Source: an uncultured Spirochaetota bacterium (GTDB lineage: Bacteria; Spirochaetota; Spirochaetia; SZUA-6; Fen-1364). From it: DNA of 64,000 bases. Both the position numbers and the translations under genes were made by a program. The notes under the pieces were generated by a model, which saw nothing but the letters and a program-made list of their open reading frames with translations, did no database searches and had not been told where the DNA came from. Where the stretch lies: NCBI GenBank assembly GCA_963745235.1, contig CAVUXE010000053.1, positions 160,001 to 224,000 on the forward strand. Reading direction: 5' to 3'. Of this stretch, positions 11,321 through 20,087 are shown one piece after another (the first letter of the stretch is position 1; every line of letters starts with the position of its first letter).

Positions 11321-12103
11321 ATGTCGTACGCAAACAGGATGCGGCGGGAAAAAATCCGTGAGTACCTCGTGAGCCACCGCAGCGCTGGCGTGAAGGACCT
11401 GAGCAAGGAGCTGCACGCGAGCGACGCCACGATCAGGCGTGACTTGCGGGAGCTGGCGGGAGAGAACGGATTCCAGCGCACACGCGGCGGGATCATGCTG
11501 GATGAGTCCCACCCCGAGCTGTCGGTGATGCAGCGCAGCCACTACCAGGCGGAGCGGAAGAGACTGATCGGGAAGAAAGCCGCGGAGCTGGTGCAGGACG
11601 GGGAGGTGGTCTTCCTGGGCAGCGGGTCCACGACAATCGAGGTGGCCCGCAACCTCGGCGAGCATCGGGACATCACGGTCATCACGAACTCCCTGCCCAT
11701 CATCACCATCTTCGCGGAGAATCCCCGGGTCAGCCTCGTCGTTGCGGGAGGTGCGCTGCGCAGGTCGGAGCTTTCGTTCATCGGGCACATCGTGGAGAAG
11801 ACCCTCATGGAGCTGCGCGCGGACAAGGTCATCATGGGGATCCTCGGCATCCATGGGGAGCACGGCCTTACCAACGACAACCTGCCCGAGGCTGTCGTGG
11901 ACCGGTTCCTCGTGCATTACGCCCCGCAACTGGTGATCGTGGCGGATAGCTCCAAGCTCGGGAAGACGCGGGCCTCCTACGTGGGGGGCATCGAGGACAT
12001 CGACATCCTCGTGACGGACCCGGGGATCGACCCCGAGATGCGGGCGGAGCTGGAGAAGAGAGGCGTCAGGATCGTCCTAGCGGGAGAAACCGGCGGCGCA
12101 TGA
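11321..12103 (+). CDS. DeoR/GlpR family transcriptional regulator
   Basis: SDATIRRDL, RTRGG, FLGSGSTT, VITNSL, VADSSK. Confidence 0.93.
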   Translation: MSYANRMRREKIREYLVSHRSAGVKDLSKELHASDATIRRDLRELAGENGFQRTRGGIMLDESHPELSVMQRSHYQAERKRLIGKKAAELVQDGEVVFLGSGSTTIEVARNLGEHRDITVITNSLPIITIFAENPRVSLVVAGGALRRSELSFIGHIVEKTLMELRADKVIMGILGIHGEHGLTNDNLPEAVVDRFLVHYAPQLVIVADSSKLGKTRASYVGGIEDIDILVTDPGIDPEMRAELEKRGVRIVLAGETGGA

Positions 12104-13023
12104 AGAAGGTCGTCTTCCTGGGAGACTTCAACGTCGACATCATCCTGGACAACCTGGAGTCAATGCCGGTAGCGGACCGGGAGGTCCGCTGCGGAAGCTT
12201 CGACCTGGCCATCGGAAGCTCTGCGTGCATCGCGGCCTGCGCATACGCCAGCCTCGGCGGCTCCGCGTGGTTCTGCGGGCTCGCCGGGGGAGACTCCTAC
12301 GGCAGGTTCCTTCACGAAGGGCTCACCGGGCGCGGCGTGCGCACGGACGACCTCCGCTTTGACCAGCGCCTCCGTACCGGCGTGACCATCAACCTCGTCT
12401 CAGGCACCTCGCGCTCCCAGGTGACGTACCCCGGAGCCATGGCTGAGTTCTCGCTGGTGGACGTCGGGGCCGGCGTCTTTCAGGACCTGCGACACCTCCA
12501 CGTTTCGGGGGTCTTCCAGGCGGACGCCATGCTCCCCGACTTGGGAACCCTTCTTTCGCGCGCCCACGGCGCCGGTGCCACAGTGTCCCTTGACTGCCAG
12601 TGGGACCAGACGGAGCGGTGGGACCGGCTGGAGGAGTGGCTTCCATTCGTAGACTGGCTGTTCGCAAATGCGGACGAGGCCTGCTCAATGACGCGTTGCC
12701 GGCAGCCCGTGCAGGCGTTGGAGGCCCTGGCAGCTCGTACGAGGTGCCCGGTGGTGAAAGCTGGGGAGAGGGGCGCCCTGCTCTGGGTCGGCGGCCGTTG
12801 CGTCGAGGTGCCGGCGCCTCACGTGGAGGTCGTTGACACCGTGGGAGCGGGAGACAATTTCGATGCTGGCTTTCTCTACGGAACGATCGAGGAGCAGATG
12901 CCGCTCGTGGAGGCGGTCCGCTTCGCGAACGCGGCCGCCGCGCTGTCGTGCACGTACCGCGGAGGCACAGGGGCCTGTTCGAGCGCCCATGTGGTGACCC
13001 TATTCATGAAGGAGAGTGTATGA
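12100..13023 (+). CDS. PfkB/ribokinase family carbohydrate kinase
   Basis: GSSACIAA, FANADEA, VVDTVGAGDNFDAGF. Confidence 0.9.
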   Translation: MKKVVFLGDFNVDIILDNLESMPVADREVRCGSFDLAIGSSACIAACAYASLGGSAWFCGLAGGDSYGRFLHEGLTGRGVRTDDLRFDQRLRTGVTINLVSGTSRSQVTYPGAMAEFSLVDVGAGVFQDLRHLHVSGVFQADAMLPDLGTLLSRAHGAGATVSLDCQWDQTERWDRLEEWLPFVDWLFANADEACSMTRCRQPVQALEALAARTRCPVVKAGERGALLWVGGRCVEVPAPHVEVVDTVGAGDNFDAGFLYGTIEEQMPLVEAVRFANAAAALSCTYRGGTGACSSAHVVTLFMKESV

Positions 13024-14197
13024 ACGAGTTCACGGACTTGCTGGGCCGGTCGGCGGAAGAGCTGGAGGGCTCTTTTCATACCGCGCACGAGATAGCGCAG
13101 CAGCCGGAGCTCTGGGGCAAAGTGCTCGATCTCCTGGAGCGGAGGCAGGTCGATGTGAGGTCCTTCATGGCCGCGGCCGGGATGACCGGGACCCACTCCT
13201 CTGTGGTCGTGCTCGCGGGGGCAGGCTCCTCTGCGTTCATTGGCGCCTCCATTGCTGACACACTGCGCGAGCGTCTGGGCCGCGGCGTCGAGGCCGTTCC
13301 CACGACGGATCTCGTCACGCATCCGCGGTCTCCGTTCTGCCCGGACCGCTCTTACGCGGTGGTCCATTTCGCGCGCTCGGGGGACTCCCCCGAGTCGGTT
13401 GCGGCCTGGCGCCTGGTGTCAGCGGCGCGCCCCGACGCCTCACACCTGGTGATCACGTGCAACCCCGACGGCGCCCTGCACCGGGAGGCGGCCCGCGTGC
13501 CGGCACCCTGTCCCTGCTCCTGCCCGCGGAGTCCAACGACCGGTCCCTCGCCATGACCAGTTCCTTCACCAGCATGGCGCTGTGCGGGATCGGCCTGGGC
13601 TTCATGACTGACCCCGCCTGCCTGCGCGCGCTCATGCGCCCCGTGTCCCGCGGTGCCAGGCGCATCATCGAAAACTACGGGAACCTCCTGGCGGACCTGG
13701 GGGCGCGCCCGTATTCCAAGGCGTGCTACCTGGGCTCACATGCCCTGGCCGGGGCCATGCAGGAGGGCGCTCTGAAGATGCTGGAGATGACAGCGGGCGC
13801 GGTCACCACCACTGCCAATTCCTTCCTCGGTATCCGTCACGGGCCACGCGTTTTTATCGATGCGAGCTGCCTGGTAGTAGCGTGCCTGTCGTCCCAGGAA
13901 AGCGTCCGCCGCTACGAGCTGGACCTCCTGCGGGACTTGCGCGACCGGGGGCAGGGGGCTGGCATCCTGGCGCTGAGCGTCCGGGATGACCCCGAGATCC
14001 AGGCGCTCGCGGACCACAGCATCGTCATTGCCGCCGACGGCGAGGAGATCCCCGACGAGCTGCGCATCCTCACGGACATTGTCGCGTGCCAGCTCCTGGC
14101 GTTTTTCGCTGCGCGAGCCCGCGGGCTCATGCCCGACTCCCCGTCTCCTGACGGCGTGATCAGCAGGGTCGTGCAGGGGGTGAGGATCTACGAATAG
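13020..14197 (+). CDS. agaS: AgaS-like double-SIS protein (galactosamine-6-P deaminase / tagatose-6-P isomerase); frameshift at ~13500
   Basis: TAHEIAQQPELW, GAGSSAFIG, FARSGDSPES, ITCNPDG, then NDRSLAMTSSF, LKMLEMTAG, GIRHGP, SRVVQGVRIY. Confidence 0.8.
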
Positions 14198-14349
14198 TCA
14201 TCAACCAAGGATTTTCCGGTAGGGGACGGGATCCGCGATCAGGTCGTTCTTCGCCATGATCTCGTCAGTTCTGCCGCGACAGGCTTGGAACCACTTCACT
14301 CAGTGCCAGTGTCATCACTACATTCAATTCAAGGAGGGGGAACTCCTTC

Positions 14350-14775
14350 ATGGCTGCCGTTCAGGTCCGCTACATCGTCCACGACGTCGACAAGGCACTC
14401 GCCTTCTACTGCGGGCATCTCGGCTTCATGGAAGTCATGCACCCAGCTCCGGCCTTCGCGATGCTCAGCCGCGGCGACCTTCGTCTCGTCCTTAGCGCGC
14501 CAAATCCCGCCGGCGGGGGTGGTCAGTCAATGCCTGACGGCACCAAGCCCCAGCCGGGGGGCTGGAATCGGTTTTCGATCGAGGTGGAAGATATTGCTGG
14601 CACCGTGGAAAAGTTGCGAAAGGCAGGAGTTCGGTTCCGGAATAACATCGTCACAGGGGTTGGCGGCAAGCAAATCATTGCTGAGGATCCCTCAGGGAAC
14701 CCCGTCGAGCTGTTCGAGCCGATCCTGGACGAAGCGCGGCTGGGGAAGGAATCTGGAGGGGCAGGGGCGCCCTGA
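14350..14775 (+). CDS. VOC / glyoxalase family protein
   Basis: VRYIVHDVDKALAFY, PGGWNRF, EDPSGNPVELFEP; AAGGAGG RBS. Confidence 0.88.
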   Translation: MAAVQVRYIVHDVDKALAFYCGHLGFMEVMHPAPAFAMLSRGDLRLVLSAPNPAGGGGQSMPDGTKPQPGGWNRFSIEVEDIAGTVEKLRKAGVRFRNNIVTGVGGKQIIAEDPSGNPVELFEPILDEARLGKESGGAGAP

Positions 14776-14949
14776 GTCATGCCGTTCAGTGAGAGTGGCA
14801 TTCGATGAATGCGAAACCGGGCGATCAGCAAGATCGCAATCTCTCACCGACTTCATTCAGGAAACAGGCAGTCGCACGGGAAGAAGGTCGTCATTCGCCC
14901 GGGATCGCTTTGAAAAGAGATCTGACCTCCGTGACAATAGACTCCCTTC

Positions 14950-16710
14950 TCACTGCTGGTTCCTTGGTAGCGGATATTGCGGCTGCGAAGCGCCGGGTGC
15001 GGAGCGCTGTGGATTGCCGACCCGAGGGAGCCGGTTGGACTGGGACGGCCCCGCTGGTTGCCTGACGGTTGTCTGGCGCGGAACCACACTTTGCGCCGAG
15101 GGGCGCGGAAAGCTCGTAGATGGCCTGACCGCGGGCGCGCCTTGGAAGCCCGATGAAGAACGAATCGGATGGTTTCCTCTCGCCTGCGCTTGGGGTGCGG
15201 GGCTCTGCTGTCCCGTTCCTGCCCTCTGGTATCCAGGGTTCACGACCCTCACTTGCGGACGAGCAGCGGGGGTGGGCTGTCTCACGTTAGCCAACGTTCC
15301 TGCGCCGAAAGGTTGACCGGGATGAGCCGACAAGGCTTGCTGGCGCGACGCAAAGGGCACTGCCACCGGCGCCGGCGTCAGGCGTGCTACCACGGGCCTC
15401 GAGGCTACTCCTTCGGGAGGCCTGGCAACCGGGCGCCCAGCCGCATTGAAGCCGCCCAGGACACTCTCTCTCTGCGGTACGAGTGGAGCCACCGCACCCC
15501 GCACAGGAGCTTGAACGAACCCACCGTCGGGAGCCCGTAACGCTGCCTGCGATGTCGGTTGTCCCCGCACAAAAGCATCGTTTGGCACAACAGTCACAGC
15601 GCCAGGTACGTTACGATTCACGTAGTTGAAGTGCTCCACGTCCACGTTGTGAAGTCGTGTGTGGTCGGTTCGGTAGGGTGCAACATAAGGCTCGTGGGGG
15701 CCAAGAGGAAACCACCCGACGCTGTCGCTGGGGGCCTGGTTGGGGCGCCAGCCCTGACCTCCGACGAATGTCACAAGCGCAGGCGCATAGACGGGGTGAC
15801 CAATATGAGCCCCTGGCACCCATACCCAGGCGTTGCTGCGGAAAGCCCAACGGCCGTAGTGGAAGGGAGCAAACCCCCAGGGAGCATCATCAATCCAGGT
15901 CCAGCCCCAAGGGTCCACCCAAGCCCAGTGCCCGAAGTGGTACGGCGCCCATCCCGCCACTGTGATCGTCGGCGACCAGACAGGCCCCAGGTCCGGGTCA
16001 ACGCTCCAAGTGCCGTTCTGGTCCAGGTCTTCCACGCCATCGACTTCGTTAGGAGGTACATACTGAGCTGAGGCGATGTGGTCTTCCTTCTGGTCCCGGG
16101 CCTGACACCACAGGTCCCAATCGTCAAGAGCGGGAGCACTTGCTACTTGGTACGTGGGTGAATCCGTACCTGTGACGGTAACCGTTTGCTGTCGACGCAG
16201 GGGGAATACCGAGCTGCCCGCGGTCACTTCAATCTCGCCCGAACGCGCTGTGGCGGTTGTGTCTCCACTCTGCTGGACATCGATCCGATAGATGCCGGCG
16301 CGAAGAAGCGAAAGGCTCGCGTTGGGGGTATCTACCTCGAACTCTTCGTTGGGACCGAGCGCACGAAGGCGAATATTCAGCGATCCAGTCGACAATCGAA
16401 TCTGGACTGTCTGGTCGTTCAGATTGAGGAAGGAAATATCTGTGTTCGAGGCAAGGCGGATCGCCGTTGAGGTCACGTGGATCTCCGCCTGACCGTCCGT
16501 ATCGGTCCAGAGATTATCCCCGATTGTCAAAGGATAGTTTAGAGTAGCGGGGGCCCAGTCCGCGACACTTTCTGGATGATACGAGACCGTCCCAGTCATG
16601 TAGTTCAGTCGGCCGACGCGACTCGGAGGATCACCCCAAAGAGCCGAGACGCCTGTGAGTGTGAGCACACAGAAACCAACAATAGAAAGCCAGCTTGAGA
16701 TCGCCTTCAT
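14950..16710 (-). CDS. Secreted FecR / DUF6600-type protein with Pro/Gln-rich tail
   Basis: Signal peptide, DPPSRVGRL, GDNLWTD, EVDTPN, WAPYHFGHW..WGWTWIDDAPWGFAPFHYGRW. Confidence 0.8.
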   Translation of the reverse strand: MKAISSWLSIVGFCVLTLTGVSALWGDPPSRVGRLNYMTGTVSYHPESVADWAPATLNYPLTIGDNLWTDTDGQAEIHVTSTAIRLASNTDISFLNLNDQTVQIRLSTGSLNIRLRALGPNEEFEVDTPNASLSLLRAGIYRIDVQQSGDTTATARSGEIEVTAGSSVFPLRRQQTVTVTGTDSPTYQVASAPALDDWDLWCQARDQKEDHIASAQYVPPNEVDGVEDLDQNGTWSVDPDLGPVWSPTITVAGWAPYHFGHWAWVDPWGWTWIDDAPWGFAPFHYGRWAFRSNAWVWVPGAHIGHPVYAPALVTFVGGQGWRPNQAPSDSVGWFPLGPHEPYVAPYRTDHTRLHNVDVEHFNYVNRNVPGAVTVVPNDAFVRGQPTSQAALRAPDGGFVQAPVRGAVAPLVPQRESVLGGFNAAGRPVARPPEGVASRPVVARLTPAPVAVPFASRQQALSAHPGQPFGAGTLANVRQPTPAARPQVRVVNPGYQRAGTGQQSPAPQAQARGNHPIRSSSGFQGAPAVRPSTSFPRPSAQSVVPRQTTVRQPAGPSQSNRLPRVGNPQRSAPGASQPQYPLPRNQQ

Positions 16711-17007
16711 GCAGTCCCTCCTCGTGGAGGCAAGCGGTCTACGATTGCCGCTGCTTCCTACGTCACTCCCTCAGGAAAGCCTTTCTGCCCGTCGAGGGGA
16801 AGAGGGGGCGCGAGCCTCGCTCGGTGGCCAACTTCTATTGACAGAGTAACGCACCTTATCTCGATTGACAATAGATATGAGATTAACGGAGGATAAAGAT
16901 AGGTTATCCGCTTGCCCCGCAGGCCATTTGCGGAAATTTCTTGGCGACGTTCGCCAGCGCCGCAACCGGCGGGGACTACCTACTCGACACGGAGGTTGAA
17001 GGTTTCT

Positions 17008-18036
17008 ATGCAAAGACTTTGGCTGGCCTGCACCTTGGGAATCGTGGCCGTTGCCTTCGCTGCTTCGGCGCAGGAAAGGCTATACAAGGTACTCGAAATA
17101 GCGAAAGTTGGAGGCGCAGGTCGCTTCGACTACGTGTACGCTGACGAAGCGGAGCGCAAGCTGTATGTTCCACGCCTCGGCGATTCCGGTCGGATCACCG
17201 TTTTTAGCCTCGATACCCTCGAGGAAGTGGGAGAAGTACCCAACACTTCAGCGCACGGGGTGGCTATTTCCGCCAAGTCCAATCATGGATTTGCAACCAG
17301 CAAGCCTGTCGCGATGTGGAACGCAAAGACCCTCACTCTGATCAAGACAATCGATGTCGGTGGAGCTCCCGACGGCATTCTATGCGACCCATTTGATGAC
17401 CGTGTTTACATCTTCAGCCATACGCCTCCCAACGCGACGGTCATAAATGCTTCAGATGGTTCTATCGCCGGCACGATTGATCTCGGTGGCGCACCGGAGC
17501 AAGCCTCGACGGACGGCCAAGGGACCATCTACGTTGATGTGGAGGATAAGGACACTATCGCAGTCATCGATGCTCGGACCATGAAGGTACGCGCTCATTA
17601 CGATCTTGCGGGAAGAGGCCATACATGCGCTGGTTTGGCCATGGACACAAAGAATCAGATCCTGTTCGCCTCTTGCCGCAAACCCAACACGATGGTGGTT
17701 CTGAACGCCAAAGACGGAAAAGTGATTACAACACTCCCCATCGGTCAGGGGAACGATGGAGACGCATTCAATCCCTCTACGATGGAGGTATTCAGCTCAC
17801 AAAGTGATGGTACGCTAACGGTGATCAAAGAGGACAGTCCGACAAGCTTTGTTGTGGAACAAACGGTCCAGACCATGCGAAGCGCCAAAACTTTGACGCT
17901 TGATGCCAGAACGGGCAGGATTTTCCTGATTGCCGCCGAATATGGCCCTCCAATAGACACTCCGCAGCAAGGTGCAAACGCACGGCATGGTCCGATGGTG
18001 CCGGGCTCATTTTCCATCCTGGTAGTTGGGAAATAG
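17008..18036 (+). CDS. Secreted YncE-like beta-propeller protein
   Basis: Signal peptide, FDYVYAD, repeated IDVGGAPD / IDLGGAPE / LPIGQGND blades; GGAGG upstream. Confidence 0.8.
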   Translation: MQRLWLACTLGIVAVAFAASAQERLYKVLEIAKVGGAGRFDYVYADEAERKLYVPRLGDSGRITVFSLDTLEEVGEVPNTSAHGVAISAKSNHGFATSKPVAMWNAKTLTLIKTIDVGGAPDGILCDPFDDRVYIFSHTPPNATVINASDGSIAGTIDLGGAPEQASTDGQGTIYVDVEDKDTIAVIDARTMKVRAHYDLAGRGHTCAGLAMDTKNQILFASCRKPNTMVVLNAKDGKVITTLPIGQGNDGDAFNPSTMEVFSSQSDGTLTVIKEDSPTSFVVEQTVQTMRSAKTLTLDARTGRIFLIAAEYGPPIDTPQQGANARHGPMVPGSFSILVVGK

Positions 18037-18300
18037 CTTGCAGCCATTTTTCGACCAGCGCCCGACAGCGTTTGCGCCTCGACTCCTATAAGGCACTGAT
18101 GTTCAGAATTGTCAACATACCGAATCCCAATTGTCCCAAAGATATGAGTCTTCCTTACCCTATGCAATACGTCCATACCCGACCGGCTCTTCGCAAAGCT
18201 CGCAGAAGGCGCCGGGTTCCGACATCCCGCCGTTCATTTCGTGTGCTTCCGCCAGACTGTTCCGCTGGTCAAGCGTGGGTTTTTCTGACGAAGCCACGCC

Positions 18301-18349
18301 TTGACTGCCACGAATTTATCTGTTACATTGCACAATATAAGTGTGCAAT
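18301..18349 (+). repeat. Copy 1 of a duplicated promoter/recombination-site-like element
   Basis: TTGACT-17-TACATT; core 18312-18339 is 25/28 identical to 20026-20053; overlapped by the inverted repeat ATTGCACA-7-TGTGCAAT (18327-18349). Confidence 0.8.
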
Positions 18350-18529
18350 CACCTGGAAAGGGGGAGATTTGCGATTGCAGCTGGCCGCGGGGGTAGGCGA
18401 ACATGAATGACGCGGACGGCTCCGGCATGAGGCGAAATCGAATCCCGGAATTGTAACGCTTCTCCTGAGAAGAAGGAGTACCCCGCCGGGAGCAGGATTG
18501 GCCAGCGTGGTCTTACAAAGGAGCAAACA

Positions 18530-18763
18530 ATGTTTACGAAGATATTGGTACCCTTGAATGGGTCCGGGCGTGCGGAAGTGATGCTTCCGCAGCAAGGGCC
18601 CTGGATCGAAATCTTGGAGCAATGTGATCATTGCGGTGGTTCGGGCTGCGAGCCACTCTTGCCAACGGGCGGTGTCTGCGTTGATTGCAAGGGCGAGAAA
18701 ACGACAAGAAAGAGAGTCACTCTATCAAAATTAGATTCGCTCCTGAGAGCAAATCGCTTTTAG
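18530..18763 (+). CDS. Small protein with a USP-like N-terminal strand and a DnaJ-type CxxCxGxG zinc finger
   Basis: AAAGGAG RBS; MFTKILVPLNGS; CDHCGGSG and CVDCKGEK. Confidence 0.55.
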   Translation: MFTKILVPLNGSGRAEVMLPQQGPWIEILEQCDHCGGSGCEPLLPTGGVCVDCKGEKTTRKRVTLSKLDSLLRANRF

Positions 18764-18832
18764 CAATTTCTTCGCCTCGGGCTTTGGGGGCCAAGAGAGC
18801 GGGTGCACGAAACGACAGGAGAGGTCGGAAAC

Positions 18833-19123
18833 ATGGACAAGCATGAAGCGGGAAAGCAAAGAGCAGAGCAATTCGTCACGAAGGTAATGAGAACCATGAA
18901 ACAGGATGGCGTGGTGGATGCGTTCCTCTGGTGGCCGGAGATCCTGCCCGAGCCGGACGGGTCGGGCGGGCCGAACGACACGACAGTGCCACTCCGCATG
19001 TACAAAGGAAACAGTTGGAGATCGATTGGGTTTGCAGGATCGGATATCGACGGGAGCGTGGACGACCCGGAGGTACTCAAGAAATATGAAAGCGAAGTGG
19101 CCCAGAGCCTGGCGGAGCTCTAG
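18833..19123 (+). CDS. Hypothetical protein
   Basis: GGAGAGG RBS; protein-like composition; no recognised motif. Confidence 0.55.
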   Translation: MDKHEAGKQRAEQFVTKVMRTMKQDGVVDAFLWWPEILPEPDGSGGPNDTTVPLRMYKGNSWRSIGFAGSDIDGSVDDPEVLKKYESEVAQSLAEL

Positions 19124-19437
19124 CTTCCCCTCTGGATGCGGACCCTCTACTTTCTGGGGAGATGATGAAGCCTTCAAAGCCCCGCAAATCTTGACCCTTT
19201 GCTCCGCAGGCTTCCAGGCCCAGTGCTGGCGGCGTTCGCAACCTGACGACTCCAGCCGACCGTCCTTTCGCTCATTGAGACTCACATAAGGCAGCGATTT
19301 CGAGACCCGACCGAGTTCCTCAGAAGCCAGGACCCTGAGAAGTGGCATCCGGCCGCATAGTCCCCACGGCGGCAACACAATTGCACCGGGCGGAAAAGCA
19401 AGAGATTGAAGTTCAAGATGCCGCCGTTCTGCCAAAC

Positions 19438-19929
19438 CTATCGGTCAAGCACTTCTTCGACCGAACGTGGAATCTTGTCTCCCATCGGCGCATCCTTCGA
19501 GTCGAAGCGGTTGACGACCTTACCCGCGCGATCAACGAGGAATTTGTTGAAATTCCAGGTGATCTTCCCTGGAAATGCGGGATCCGTATCTTTGTCCGTG
19601 AGGAATGTGTAAAGGGGGTGGATGTCCCTCCCTTTCACGGAGATTTTAGAGAACATCGGGAAGGTGACGCCGTATGTCAGACTGCAGAAGCTCTGGATTT
19701 CTGCATCAGTTCCCGGCTCTTGGCGCCCGAAATTGTTCGCAGGGAACCCGAGGATTTCAAAGCCTCGTTCCCGGTAACGTTTATAAAGAGACTCCAGTCC
19801 CTCGTACTGGGGTGTAAAACCGCATTTGCTTGCGACGTTAACGATCAGGAGGACTTTCCCGACGAAGTCCGAAAGGGACCTCTCCGTTCCATCAATGGCC
19901 TTCACCGTGAAGGCGTACAAGTTCTTCAT
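19438..19929 (-). CDS. Glutathione peroxidase (Cys type)
   Basis: GKVLLIVNVASKCGFTPQY, LGFPANNFGRQEPG, WNFNKFLV. Confidence 0.93.
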   Translation of the reverse strand: MKNLYAFTVKAIDGTERSLSDFVGKVLLIVNVASKCGFTPQYEGLESLYKRYRERGFEILGFPANNFGRQEPGTDAEIQSFCSLTYGVTFPMFSKISVKGRDIHPLYTFLTDKDTDPAFPGKITWNFNKFLVDRAGKVVNRFDSKDAPMGDKIPRSVEEVLDR

Positions 19930-20014
19930 GTCCCAATAATAGTCATCTACGAATTGGATGGAAAGGACGATAGCAGCCCAGAACCACCCAGCGCTGCAGT
20001 TCAGTAAACCGATG

Positions 20015-20053
20015 TTGACACAGTAGAATTTATCTGTTATATTACACAACATA
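20015..20053 (+). promoter_or_regulatory. Copy 2 of the duplicated element; sigma70 promoter of the recombinase gene
   Basis: TTGACA-17-TATATT with extended -10 TG, ending ~35 bp before ATG 20088. Confidence 0.75.
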
Positions 20054-20087
20054 GATGCGGCAAATCAGGGGAGTTGGAGCATTAGAA

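Noticed and set aside
14798-14820. Hammerhead ribozyme suggested by GATGA..GAAAC
   Set aside because: Lacks the CUGANGA core and the required stem arrangement
19438-19929. Selenocysteine glutathione peroxidase
   Set aside because: The active-site codon is TGC (Cys) and there is no in-frame TGA
20026-20065. Possible chromosomal dif site
   Set aside because: The minus strand has a XerD-arm-like TTGTGTAATAT but no matching XerC arm or CATAA-N6-TTATG dyad; kept only as a generic recombinase-site candidate
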